NCBI GenBank assembly: GCA_001949185.1
Contig: BDGG01000002.1
Location: 6,686,448-6,750,447, forward strand
Source of the DNA: Ramazzottius varieornatus
Lineage: Eukaryota; Animalia; Tardigrada
Length of the DNA stretch: 64,000 nucleotides
Direction: 5' to 3'
Part shown: positions 39,516-51,711 of the stretch, piece after piece
Layout: each line of letters begins with the position of its first letter
How positions within the stretch are numbered: the stretch's first letter is position 1
The notes under the pieces: model-generated
Seen by the model: the letters and a program-made list of their open reading frames with translations, nothing else
The model's database searches: none
What the model was told of the DNA's origin: nothing
Made by a program: the position numbers and the translations under genes

Positions 39516-42295
39516 TTAAAAATCTTCCTCGTCGCGGTCGAAGTTATCGTTACGAAGACTGCGCATACTAAGTTTCTGCATGCCACCGGTAATATTGGGG
39601 TTGGAATGCGTTGCCTGGTTGTGAGCGTGGTTCTCTCTCAGGACAGGCACGTTTCTCGAGGACGGTTCTTCATCAGTAATGGCATGCAGTCCGTTCTCGA
39701 CGGAGGCCAGGTTGGCTGGTTCAGAGTGGACTTCCTTCAGCGTCAATGACAGAACTGAGGGTGGACGGCTAGATGGGGAGCCAAAGCCACTTCTTCGACC
39801 GATTTCCAGGTTCTCCATTCCATGCAGGCTTTCAGCGTCACTCTCCGAAGCACGTCGACCCAAAGTCTGGATGTGGTCCTCCATAAAGCTTCTTCGGTTG
39901 GCACGGACTGGCGGCGAACTGAGCGCAAACTAAAATCAACATAAATTATAATTTCCATGTTTTATCACTGTGAATTCCCAACAGTATATCACCCCTAAAT
40001 GGTCCATCATACAAATTATTACCGATCAATGGGTAATAGCAAACAAACTCAGCAATATTTTTAAGCAATATTTTTAAGTGGCGCACGCTTTCAGCCAGTA
40101 ACACCGAAAAGGTATGCCACTTTGGGAAGAGGAATCCCGTTGAATTTGTTTGCTGCCGCTCCTTTAGTTACGAATAGTATTGTACCTTTTCTCGGACTTC
40201 GCGTTCCAGCTCTTTCAATATCTTGTCCATGAACGGGTGTTGCTTCTTCAACAAGATGATGTCGACCAAGACAACTTCAGGTCCGGCGAACTCGAGGCGT
40301 CTGTCCAGAAATTCCCGATCTGCGTACAGCTGTTGAGCATCGGACAAGAGCTTACCCAAGCTCATGTGGTATCCAATGAAGCTATGGATGTAGAAGTCAT
40401 TCTCAAGCAGGTGAAACTTTCCATTACAAGCCGCGTGGTACTTGAAGTAGAGCTTTCTGTGCTTGTCAGCCAGAAGACTTTCCCGGGTTCTCTTAGCTTC
40501 TTCCTGTGGTACGCCGGAGCTTCCCCGAAAAGAAATGAAGGCACGAGCGTACTGCAGAATCAAGTCATGAAATCGGTACAGGTACGTTTTACGGACGGAA
40601 CAGAATTCCTTGGTACAGATCGAGCTGTTGACGAAATTTGCCATTTCATCGTCGGTTACTTCGTCTTCTTGGAATCCCCATAACGTCCGGAAGACCGCAG
40701 TGGGAACTGGAACGTCTGCAAATTATCCAGTTCGAATCACAACAAGCTGTCCGAATCAGCGACTGAGGTGAGAGGTAGAGCTTACCGTCGTCAAATACGG
40801 CAAAGTCGAAGAATTTCTCGCGGAGGTCGTCTTTCAGGCTTTCGACGCTGAGTCGAATGGCTTCGTCGATACTTTCGTGTTGGTAGTCGTTCCTGTGGCT
40901 TGTCATCTCCAGAACCGAACGGGGCGACTCTTCCAGCTTTCGAACGTAGTAGTCCCATCGTGGTCTGTGTTTCTGCTCCCGCAGCATACCGCCGATGAGA
41001 GCCATGACCATCGGGGACCCATGGCTTGTTTGATGGATGGTCACAGCCTGGTTAGGTAGTTCTGTGACAGAGCAGTCCATAACGCTCGCGAAGTATAACT
41101 GGGACTCGTCTTGGGTAAAGCCTTTGTCCACGCTGATCTTGGTAACCGGTCCCTTCACAGCGTCTACGATGTCCATCCTTCGCGAAGTGACCAAGACACA
41201 CTAGAATAAGAAACGAAACGGTACAGTGATGTATGTGTGACGATGTCAGGTGTTGGAATCGCATGACTTGACAACGTTATCGAAAATTACGTTGAGTCAT
41301 CATGGGGAAAAAGCACCGGGTCGTGAGGTTTAAACCCCTACCAGGACCCCTTTTTCAGACTTTTTGCACCACTGGATTTAGTTTCCTGATCTAAGTCAAT
41401 TTACCTTGAACGATACTTTGTCGAAGGCCCTGATGACTTCCGTATCCCAAACATCATCTAAGACAAGGGCGGAATTGGGGTGCTGCTGAGCCACCGCTTT
41501 GGCCAGTTGCGCCACAACCATTTCAATTTCGGATGGCGTCTTGAGTGCAGGATCTGATCTGTCATCGACCATGTGCTGCAGAGATCCCATCTTGACCAGC
41601 AGCTTGTCCTTACCCGGCTTCCCAATGTCCAGCCAGTAAATGCCATCACTAAAGCACGTCTTCCAAATCTCGGGAGAGCGCAGAGCTGCAGCTGCGAGGT
41701 ACGACTTGCCATTTCCGGGCATTCCATGAATGAGAACCTATATAACAATTGAAATTACTGACGTTTCCCTTAGGATTATTCGCTATTGTGTACTTATTAC
41801 CCAATGGGTTCCATGATTCGCGCGGGTCTGCGCCTTCTGAGCCACGTAGATAATTTGGTCCTTAATCTTGAATTCGAATTCTTTCCGGGACACAAAGAGC
41901 GACGGTTCTCCGGGTACGAGTCCTGCTTTCAGATGGTTCGTCCGGGCACCGTCTTCCTGACAGTGATACAGCATATCGAGGTACTCCTCCAGCCGTTGGG
42001 CGGCGTGCTCATATTCGCTGTCCCGCAAACACTGCAGGAACTTGTCCACGTTATGCGGAGACGGCCTGGCGATGATGACATCCAAGAGTATGGACATGCG
42101 CACCGAGTTCTGCGAAGTTCCTTCGATCGATGGAGCCGCGAAGATTCTCGAGCATTCTTCCTGCGACAGCAGCTCGTATTCTTGGACTTTTGGAAGAACA
42201 TCGGTCACGTTGACATCGTCCCGTAATCGCTGGATGATATCTCCGCACTGGAAGACTCGAAAAGACGTTCCTTCAAAGGATTTTGGAACGGCCAT
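39516..42295 (-). CDS. Apaf-1/CED-4-like CARD-NB-ARC protein lacking WD40 repeats
   Basis: CARD-like helices (RLRDDVNVTDVLP..LLS..RMSILLDVI..FLQCLRDSEYEHAAQRL), P-loop HGMPGNGKS, Walker B LVLDDVWD, VTSR, GSPMVMALIGG, FHDL, and HD2 (FIGYHM..EFLDRRLEFAGP). The final exon 39929-39516 is low-complexity. Confidence 0.88.
40040..40162. repeat. Intronic fold-back element copy 8 (core 40075-40123), Apaf-1-like
   Basis: AAGTGGCGCACGCTTTCAGCCAGTAACACCGAAAAGGTATGCCACTT. Confidence 0.8.
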
Positions 42296-45274
42296 AGTGC
42301 ACGTCTTCTTTCGAGCAATCTGGTGTGAACAAACTTGCAGAATATATAATCGAAAACCAAAAAATTGCAAATTCGACCACCGTTTCGTTACCGCATGGTT
42401 TTCTTACCTGGAGACTATATAGATCCACGATACTAATCAGTGGATCGGAAGCGGATTCCGGGAGACCGCTTGCGATATAGATTCATCGTGGCTTGACTTC
42501 CGATCTGGAAACTGGAGTTGAGACTTTGATTCCCACCTGCTGTCGCTTTGCAATTGAAGGCACTCAGGGTGCTTAGAGCGTGATTCCGGTCTGTTGAAGT
42601 GCTATCCAAACAAATGTTTAGCGAGATAATTTCAGGATGACTGCACAAGTGCATGTGGCGATAGCACAGGTGAATCCCACGAGTCTATCAGAGGACAAAA
42701 GGCATTTCGTCTACGGTAGGCAAAGTCATGTTAATGACATCACTCACTGTTATGATCTCATCCAGCGGTGGACGGGCGATTTATTCAGCATAATATCGAA
42801 AATCATGGAACTGCCACCTACGATCTGTCGAAGACCGGTACAACAGGGAAACTTTGTTATCAGTGTGCGAATCCTGCCTTTCGAACAGGAGACCCGGTAT
42901 TCGATAGTTATTCCAAACGGTATTTTTCATATAAAAGGTATTGATTGACTGATTGCCGTTCCAAAGTTGGGCTGCGCTTGAAGTTGCGAAGCCGTTCCGT
43001 GTTTGGAACGGCGTCGCACCAGTCTACCGCTGATCTTATTTAGCATGTGCCAGAGGCATGAGTCATCCGCTAGATATTTGTTTCACTTGTATACAAACAG
43101 TCGTCAAACGAGCCAATCAACAAGACCCAATCAACCGTCGTGGAATCTGTCAATCTGTATTTTGATGATGGAGAAAGTTTTATGGACCAGCGGAACCGGA
43201 AGTCACGTTCGTCCATCTTTGATTCTTTTATATCTCATTGTTCTCTTCCCTTCGGAATTACCTACCCTCTCTGTCTGCAGAAGACAACATCTACGGATCA
43301 ATAGGTGAATCTGCGACGGACATGGACGTTCCTCGATGTTACAGAGGTGAGCTGGCCGTGATCACGTTATGAGAATGATCTCTTCTTAGTTTCTGATTAA
43401 CGTTGTTCCAACTGCGGCCTTTCGGGTTGGATTCAGTTCAAGCGGAGTTGCAAGGTGGAGAGCACTGCTCAGGTGTTGTACCTAAGTTTCGCTCCTGAAA
43501 ATTAACTTTCATCTTATTGTGTACTCTAGATTTCTGATGTCCCTCTTTGGACCAGTCAGCGAGTCACAACTCAAAAGAGCGGCAACGTTTCGCAGTGACG
43601 ACTATCTCTCGTCGGCAAACGCCCCGCGGTTTGGCAATCGATCGTCCGGCTGCAGTCAGTACACTCCGAGAGGTTGATGAGCGACTTATTATGGAGGGCG
43701 TCGGTCGGCAAATATACAGGTAGGTAATTGAAGATCGATCGCGGATAACGATCAGTAAGATCCACCGGAAGTCACACTGGGACTAATCACGCATCCACCA
43801 TCGAGTTACCGTTTTCAGCATCAGTGATGATGTAGAACCCGGTATGGCTGATAGAGGCGCTAAGTAAGGAGAAAGTCTGGAACCGGAGGAAGCTTCCGCC
43901 GCTGGACACCGCCGGGATAAGACAGACTTGTGCGGTTTCCTGTCTAGGGATGGAATGAATTGTGGGCAGAATATCCACTTCCCCTCCGCGGACCGCGATA
44001 CTTACGTGGTAATAACTTGAAATCTTGTTTAGCAATACGTGAGTAAGCAGCCGAAACACCGTGGTTGTCCCACTGCGGTTTTATGCATTAGCCGCACCGT
44101 CTTTAACCAGGCTACAGTACTATGATGTGTGTGACACCTTATTCATGTCGTAAGTTGCAGGAACGCGGATTCAAGGATGGCGGGAAATGTACCTCGCACC
44201 TCTTACCGATGCTTTGTCTGTTCAGATGGTGCGGCGAACTGAAGTTCGTATCACGTAGTAGTAGGCACGTGCTTGGGCATACTGTGTACTGCGTTTCTGT
44301 GTTAAGGTTCATGTCGAGAGTCGAGACTTGCTGTTATGAACCGCCTCAACAACCTTTTGCACATTGTACTGGTCACGTAGGTCTTTGCATGGTTCTGATG
44401 TCCTAAACAGTCTGAAACAGAGGATAGGGTATAGTTTCAAGTAGTGATGTGGTTCGTTTAGCACGAATTCTGTGGAGCCGGAAGTGCATGTCAAAGGCGG
44501 CCCCTTTCTTCCTGTCGCATGGGCGAAATGACTGCACGATCCATAAAGACTATAATAAGGCTGGCGCTTCAGTATCGTCTTTCGATATGCGTGTGGTCTC
44601 CTGTCTTTTAAGTCTGTCGGTCGACGATATCATCACGATAATAATCAAACATAATCCGTTAATTATAGGCGTATGGATTCCACTCCAGCTGACGTATCCG
44701 TACGGGGACCTCGAACAACCATGGCTGGGAGGCCCTCGCTTGCCGTAATGTCGAACAGATGCTGAAGCACGCTAACATGACTTACCAGCGCCGCTCGATT
44801 AACAGTAAGTACAATCATAGTCTGTGTAAAGATGAACATTTGACGTTAGTACTCCACTTTCAATCCTCTGCGTTACGCGTTACTGTTGCCGTACGTTTGC
44901 CCGCCTCTTTCAGTGAGAACCCTATGGGAGAGAGCTTTACTTAGCACCCGCGTAAGCTCCATCATCCCTCGGCGCGGGACGTTGAGTGCGCGTGCGACAG
45001 TGACTTGTGATGAGATGGGATGAGTCTGTAAAAGCTGGCTCACCGGTTGATTACCTGCCCACATACCGCATGCACTACTCCTCTTTTCCCCCCTATCCCA
45101 CCCTTTATGGATACAATACTGCATCGATTTGCATGTTGCGCGATGCCGTCACCAGAAGCGCTGTCTATATATGTCAGTAACGATAAATACGGCTCCTTAC
45201 TGATCCTGAAAATTCAGTGGAACAAGAACCCACGATGAGGAGCGTTTCAGGCACCGGCTTCTTGATTTTGAGAG

Positions 45275-48200
45275 ATGGCAGACTGGCTCAAGTTGTCTTG
45301 CCTACCTAATCTGGACCCTTATGGGAAACCTTATTTTACGTGGCTCTGTATTATCTCCTTCAGTGTCATGTACAACTGGGTGACCATTCCGCTCAGAATG
45401 GCTTATGATCAAGCAAAGAACCCATATTGGTTCATTCCTGACTACCTCTGTGATACGCTGTACTGGATGGATATCGGTGTCAACTTTATCATCAGTAAGT
45501 TTATTAGCTCAGGAAGTTTACAGATTGCTGTTTACAGAATGAATTTGCGGCTGTTCGCAACATGCACGCAACATTTCGTAACAAGAATCAAGTCTTCTCT
45601 CAGCACTTGGTTCCTCACAAGTAATACTGCCGAGCTGATGATTGACTGAAAGAACTGGGCATCAAAAACGATGCAGAAAGGACATACTGTACGTAGGAAT
45701 GCAAATCTATAGTGCAAAGTGGCTGGGGCTTGCTTGTCAGGTTCATAACCGCGGACTGGCGATCGATTATGCCAATCTGGCAATTGCGGCCTGGCTGCTC
45801 GTCAAAGAACGTGCACAGTGTTTAAAATGCCGTCATTTTCTTGAAAGCTGTTTTGATGCACATGTCATAGTCCATAAACCCTGCCAGGCTTCCCGCTGGT
45901 AATTTGGTAAATGTACATTGTAGCTGAGTCAGCTGAGATGGTTTGCCGTTGAAATTTTCTTGCTCCAAGGATGAGAATGACGGGAAGCCGTACGAGATCG
46001 GAGAATTCACTGTATACAAAAAAAACACTAGTTCCGTGTTGCGGCCAACCAGTCGAGCGTAAGACCGGATGTGCTTCCGTTGGTTACAAAAGAGGGCTGA
46101 AACGGTTGCATGCTTTCGGAGAAGAGAAATAACTAAGTGATTTCCACGTTATCTGAAAACTGGAAAACTAACTGTAGAGAAAATCGATTGTGTCACGAAA
46201 ACACTGTCAAAACTTTCGATTATACCAAGAAATATGTAAGTAGGACGAGTTTTGGATGGAACGCGTAGAGCACTTTGGAGGTCGTGAAGAAGTTCATGTG
46301 GCTGAATGGCCAAGGTTCGATGGTTTACAGGCACTCCTCGACTCGGACTTCCGGAGATGGATCTCAAGTACTCTCGAGACCTCTATCTAAAGAGCTGGAC
46401 GTTCCTGTTAGACGTGATCAGTATCTTGCCTACCGACCTAGTCTTCCTCATCTACCCGGCGCAAGGCGTCATGATGTTTTTCCGCCTAAATCGCCTCTTC
46501 CGCGTTCACCGAGTAAGTCCCCATCATCTTGCAGATTTCTCACAGTGAAACCTCGCGAGGCGCGACCGTCCTTTTTCTTTAAAGGTGCCCGAGTGGTTCG
46601 ACTACGTTATAAGTCATTCCACGTTTCCAATTGTTTTTCGTTTCGGACGAATGTTGTTATACATACTCGTTCTCATCCACCTCACAGTAAGTCTCAGTCT
46701 AGGAAGTAACAAGTGGAATTATCCTGATGATTTTCTAATCATTTCCTTATTAACCGCAGAGTTGTGCCTACTACGCCATGAACGTGTGGATCGGCTTTGG
46801 GAGTGATAACTGGACCATCCCGGATTTCACCAAAACAAATAGCACCGAAGGATATTTCGTTAGTCTGTACATCCGGTGCTTTCACTGGGCTACTGTGATT
46901 TTGTCGGACGAGGGAGACAACTCTCGTGCGTAATTGCCATCATTACCTTTCCTGAGTAGACGTCTTCCTGCGCTGTTTTACGGTCATTTCATCCGTCTTG
47001 ATATTTTTAGGGGCATCTCTGGTAATCGAGCTGGTTTTCCGAGGCTGCCTTACCCTGCAAGGTCATATCCTCGTGGGAACCATCATCGCCATCGTCGCGT
47101 CAATCTTTGCCACGGTTAATGTCAAGCAAAAACGATTCCGCCATCAGGTTTGTCGCTGAAAAGGATTTCCGAATCAATATCTGGTGGTCGGACTGTTCGG
47201 CAAATGAGTTCATGCATATGGTTCTCCCAAATGACGCACGCACTCAGCCAGTAACGATGAAAAAGTGCGCCACTTGGAACAGCGATCTGGGTGATGTCAT
47301 TTGCCGACGTCCCAATTTTCTTCACGTTCTGAAACTCCGCTCTTTTACAGTTGGACGGGATCAAGAAATACATGCGATATAGGCATGTCGATATGGATAT
47401 GCAGCACCGCGTTTTCGAATGGGCGTCGTTCATGTGGGAAGGCAAGAAGTTCCGCGACAATGAAGCGGACCTGCAAATATTGCCGGTTCCCTTGCAAAAG
47501 GTGTTGCTGATTGCAGCGCATATGGATACCTTTCAAGTGAGTTTGATCTACAATACAAGTACTCATTGTATATTCAGCCTTCAACCTGAACGCGAACCTG
47601 GATGTATGGCGCGTCAGATTGTAAACAATGTGCGTGAACGTCATGGTCCTGGGTCCACCGGACGTCGAATTATGTATATGTGTATATTTAGAGAGTGAAG
47701 CTGTTTGACGACTGCGAGCCCCAGTTCCTCGAGGTATCTATTACCGTTTCCAAGTTACTAGTGGGACGCCGGCAACTGACTTGAACTGGATTGTTTCCCC
47801 AAGCAGCCACACTTTCGGTCAAAACTATGCACACGTGCGCCACTTGGGAAAAACGATCTGGTTCGAATCAGTTGTCCACTTCTCGGTTATTAAGTCTAGC
47901 TCTTCATCGTTTAGCCTTTGCTTTGTGTAGGAGCTCATCATGCGCCTGGAACCACAAGTGTTCTGTCCCGGAGACCTAATCTGCCGGAAAGGAGACGTGG
48001 GTCGGGAGATGTACGTTTGTCGGACAGGCACCTTGCAGGTTGTCTCGGACGAAGGCCAGATTTTCGCGACTCTTGGGTACGGCACAAATTTTCCTAATTT
48101 GGTGTCAAGTCTGTTTGGTCGGACGTTGAGTGATTGCCATTTTCAGACAGGGAAGCGTCTTTGGGGAGATTAGCCTCCTAAGTATTTTTACAAGCCAGCA

Positions 48201-48576
48201 GAATCGCCGTACAGCCAACATCCGCTCTTTCTCCTACGCTGAGCTCTTCAGTCTTTCCAGTGCCAATTTCAAAGAAGTGCTAGAGAGCTTTCCAATAGCC
48301 AGGAAAAAGATGATTGCCAAGAGTCAGGAGATGCTGAAAGATCAGTCTGTTCGGGAAGTGGAGCACAATGATGCAGACGACGACGATGCTCTACTAATGA
48401 AATTAGCATCACTGCAGGATATTGCTCAAAACACTACTTTACTAATTGAAACCTTCACCAAGACCTTGGTGGAAGACACCTCAAGACTCAAAAAGCGTCT
48501 AGCCATACTGGAAGAAAGGAAGCGCCGATCCCATCACCCCCCGCGGAAGCCTAAATCTCTTGCTCAAGACTCTTGA
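45275..48576 (+). CDS. Cyclic nucleotide-gated cation channel subunit, divergent, multi-exon
   Basis: DPYGKPYFTWL..YNW, FLLDVISILPTDL, S4 FRLNRLFRVHR, C-linker [48 protein letters not shown], then a C-terminal leucine zipper. Confidence 0.92.
47190..47314. repeat. Intronic fold-back element copy 9 (core 47228-47276), CNG
   Basis: TCGGCAAATGA..CAAATGACGCAC..CTCAGCCAGTAAC..GTGCGCCACTTG..TCATTTGCCGACGTCCCA. Confidence 0.88.
47762..47885. repeat. Intronic fold-back element copy 10 (core 47800-47846), CNG
   Basis: TGGGACGCCGGCAACTGA..GATTGTTTCCCCAAG..GTGCGCCACTTGGGAAAAACGATC..TCAGTTGTCCAC. Confidence 0.85.
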
Positions 48577-51500
48577 TGCTTTTGTTATGTTTATGACGCA
48601 TTCCTTTGATTGTGATCGATTACACTGTGTAGTACTGTTCAAGTTAATTGACGTGATCTTTGCGAAGTACGGTACCATTGATAGCTTCTTCTTGCCATTC
48701 TCAACGACCAGCCTCTTACTTCCTGTCAGTCGAGTTCATGTTCTACGTCCTTCTCGGGCACTTGTACCGTAAAGCGATAAGCAGGGCATTAGCAGCTCAT
48801 AGCAAGATGATCCGGTCCTTATAAGATGTTGTTAGATGGACTGACGATAAGAAATTCTCTTATCCAAGACCGGCGCTCCATGGGATAATCCCCTTTGCTC
48901 AGGTGTGCACAATACAGTGCGTTTGCTGTCCGGGCTTCGGCAACCCGAAAACACTACGCGGTCGTGACGTTGCGAGAGGGAAGCGCCATCTATGCACATT
49001 TTCTTTAACGCTTTCAGCACGATCGTTTTCATGTTTGCAGAATACTACCGTCCTCTTTGTGTATACAGGAATTTTATTGGCTGGTACTGGGTTGCGGAGG
49101 CTGGTCCAACCAATAGGCAATGTTCGAAATTTCAAAAATCGGATAATTGGCAGGCCATGAACGCCAAATCTCAAAAGGGAGAACTGGTCGTCTTGATTTT
49201 CTTCTGACCGCACTGATGACTACAAAATTTATCCCAGGCTCGGCTTCGATAGATAAGACTGTCCCCAGTGCTCCAGTTCTTTTCTAAGCGAACACCGTGC
49301 ACGTATCTCGCGCGAAGAGACGAAACACCATATTTCACCAAAACCACCCGAAACCGTAGAAACAATTTTCAGCGTGTTGGGGTTTGCTGACCGCTGGTCA
49401 TTAGTGTTGCTTTGGTGAGAAGACCGAGGTACATGCAAACAAAAAGACCCAGACCCAAAAGACCAAAAGCTAAAACTGGGAGATGAATAAAACTGAGTGA
49501 TTGTATAGAAAAAGAGGACGCAGAGTGTTAAAGCAGTAGTAGAGAGTCGGGAGACCCGATGGCCGAATAGCGAAAGGTCAGGTCTCGGCGTTTGAAAATG
49601 TCACTTCAATCTGCTGTAATCCTTGGAATTAATTTTTCAATCTGTGCGACGACCTCTTATAGAATAGGGGCGATCTGGCAGGGCCGAGATGTGGCGACAG
49701 ATACATTATGTCATAATATACTGAGCGACAAACGAAAACTTCGTCGAAGACACTTAGTGCCCTCTCAACAGTGTATCCACAGCTAACGTCGACTGGCTGA
49801 GGATGTCATCCCAAGTAGCTGCACATACCATATTGAAACATTCCCGAGCAAAGTGATAGTGACGAAGTCACGATTGACGAACCCGGAAAGATATTTCGCT
49901 GAGTACCATGTGACATGGTTGTACCGTGTACTCGCTTAACGATCCCTTCCAGAATAGACTGCGGAAAAGAATTTCGGTATATTGCCAAGGATCTTGTTTA
50001 CGGCCCAAGGACGATGACCCAGAAGGATGTAAATGTACTTAATAAATCATGTTTTTTATACTGTGGATGATCCGTCTGGTCAAGACGGTTCGGTGGCAAG
50101 TTGAGCGTTGTAATTGATAGCCTAGCTCAACCGCCGGGACCTGGGGACTTTGAAGCTGGAGTAATTTGGGCAGAGAGATGACAGCGATCTAACAAAGTGC
50201 AGGGCTCTCTTGGATGCTCCTTTGGCGCCTCTCAATATCCGTTCCCATATACACCCCAGCAGATCCTGCTTACTTTCCCCTCCTCCAGAGTTGCGGAAGT
50301 CATTTGCCAATGCCGCAAACTGTGTGTGTGTGTGTGCTAGCTGTGAATGTTAGATATACTTCTTGTGCTGCGCCCCTCGCGTGCCATCCTATTCAAAGGC
50401 GGCGCCCTGTTTTGATCCCGGTGATCCAAGTCATTTTCTACGCTTCATAACACTTTGCTGTTTTCCTAAAAACACCATGTCATTTTACTTCACTGCGCAT
50501 TTCACCAGGGCGTTCATCGTTTCTTCTTTGTGCCTGACATGCTCAACATCAAGCCCGCAACCACGCAGCTAACTTCCGTACACATTCTCACGCGACGTCG
50601 TATTGAAACTTGTGAAGCCAGGAAGTTCGTCCGACATCCGAATAAAATTTGCGGAATTCGGTTTCTCCATTCCAAAGCCTGTTCGTTCCTGTAATATTTT
50701 CCTCTGGAATATCACGGCGATAGCTGTATCGACTGGATCTGCGAAATTAGCATGTGCTGAGCTTCAGGTTCTCGCGGATCGGATTTCTGGGAATATTGAT
50801 CGGCTTATATCTATTAATCATTTCACCCTTTCCGCATTTGATAACCAGTCGACAAACACCGCTCTGTGGCCGCACCAATTAACCGCTGGAAGCCGTACAT
50901 TCCACGGACCATTACCGAGGACCCTGCACGGTTACGATCATCATGTAAGATCTGTATTTCCGCTTGGCTTAAACTCGTTTTTCTGAACAAAGAGCTTGCA
51001 TTGTGATGGTGGCAGCTGAATGTGGGTTGACACGTATTGGGCATAAAGTTGATCCTGTAATCTACATGTACACATCCACGCAGATTCAGAAACATTTCTC
51101 CCTGAAGGCATCCATGTAGAGAGCTATTTGCTGGTGAAGTCCCAGTCGCGCAGCAAAATGGCCATTCCACCCCGCTCGACTTGCGCATTTCATAACGTGT
51201 CAAACCCTAGAATTCTAAGGTTTTCGATATTCATGTGCATTACAAGGTTTTGCTTCCGTTATTGAAACCCTGACATCAGTTATCATATTTCACGCGTTTA
51301 ACTTCCGGGCTCTAGCCTTTTGTGCAAGAACCCATGTGTGAAGATCTCCGGCCTCCTCATAGATACGAAGTCACGAGAAATTTTACCATGACCTGCGAAT
51401 GTAAACTTTCATGCCTCGATGGTCCTTTCTACAGTGTTATTTGAACTGAAAGGCTGCCGGAACCTTGGAATCTTTACTATTCTTTTTCCTTTACAGACCG

Positions 51501-51711
51501 GCTTGTAGCCAAACAAAGGATGTTGGAGCGCAGAGGATTACGCTGAGAAATCTCTTTCGCCGTACTGAGACCCAAGCTATTCACCATGTTTGTTGGGACG
51601 TTGGAATGTCGTCTATCAATCTGGCGGGATTTAGTGCGTCACCATTACGCTTGACTTGCCCATCATGAAGAGTTGCAAAAACAATTGAGTTCTTCCGTTT
51701 GACAAGCTATA

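Noticed and set aside
16361-42226. Long antisense ORFs in the track (e.g. 16361-16837, 33883-34452, 40180-40683, 41786-42226)
   Set aside because: These are shadows of real coding exons on the opposite strand.
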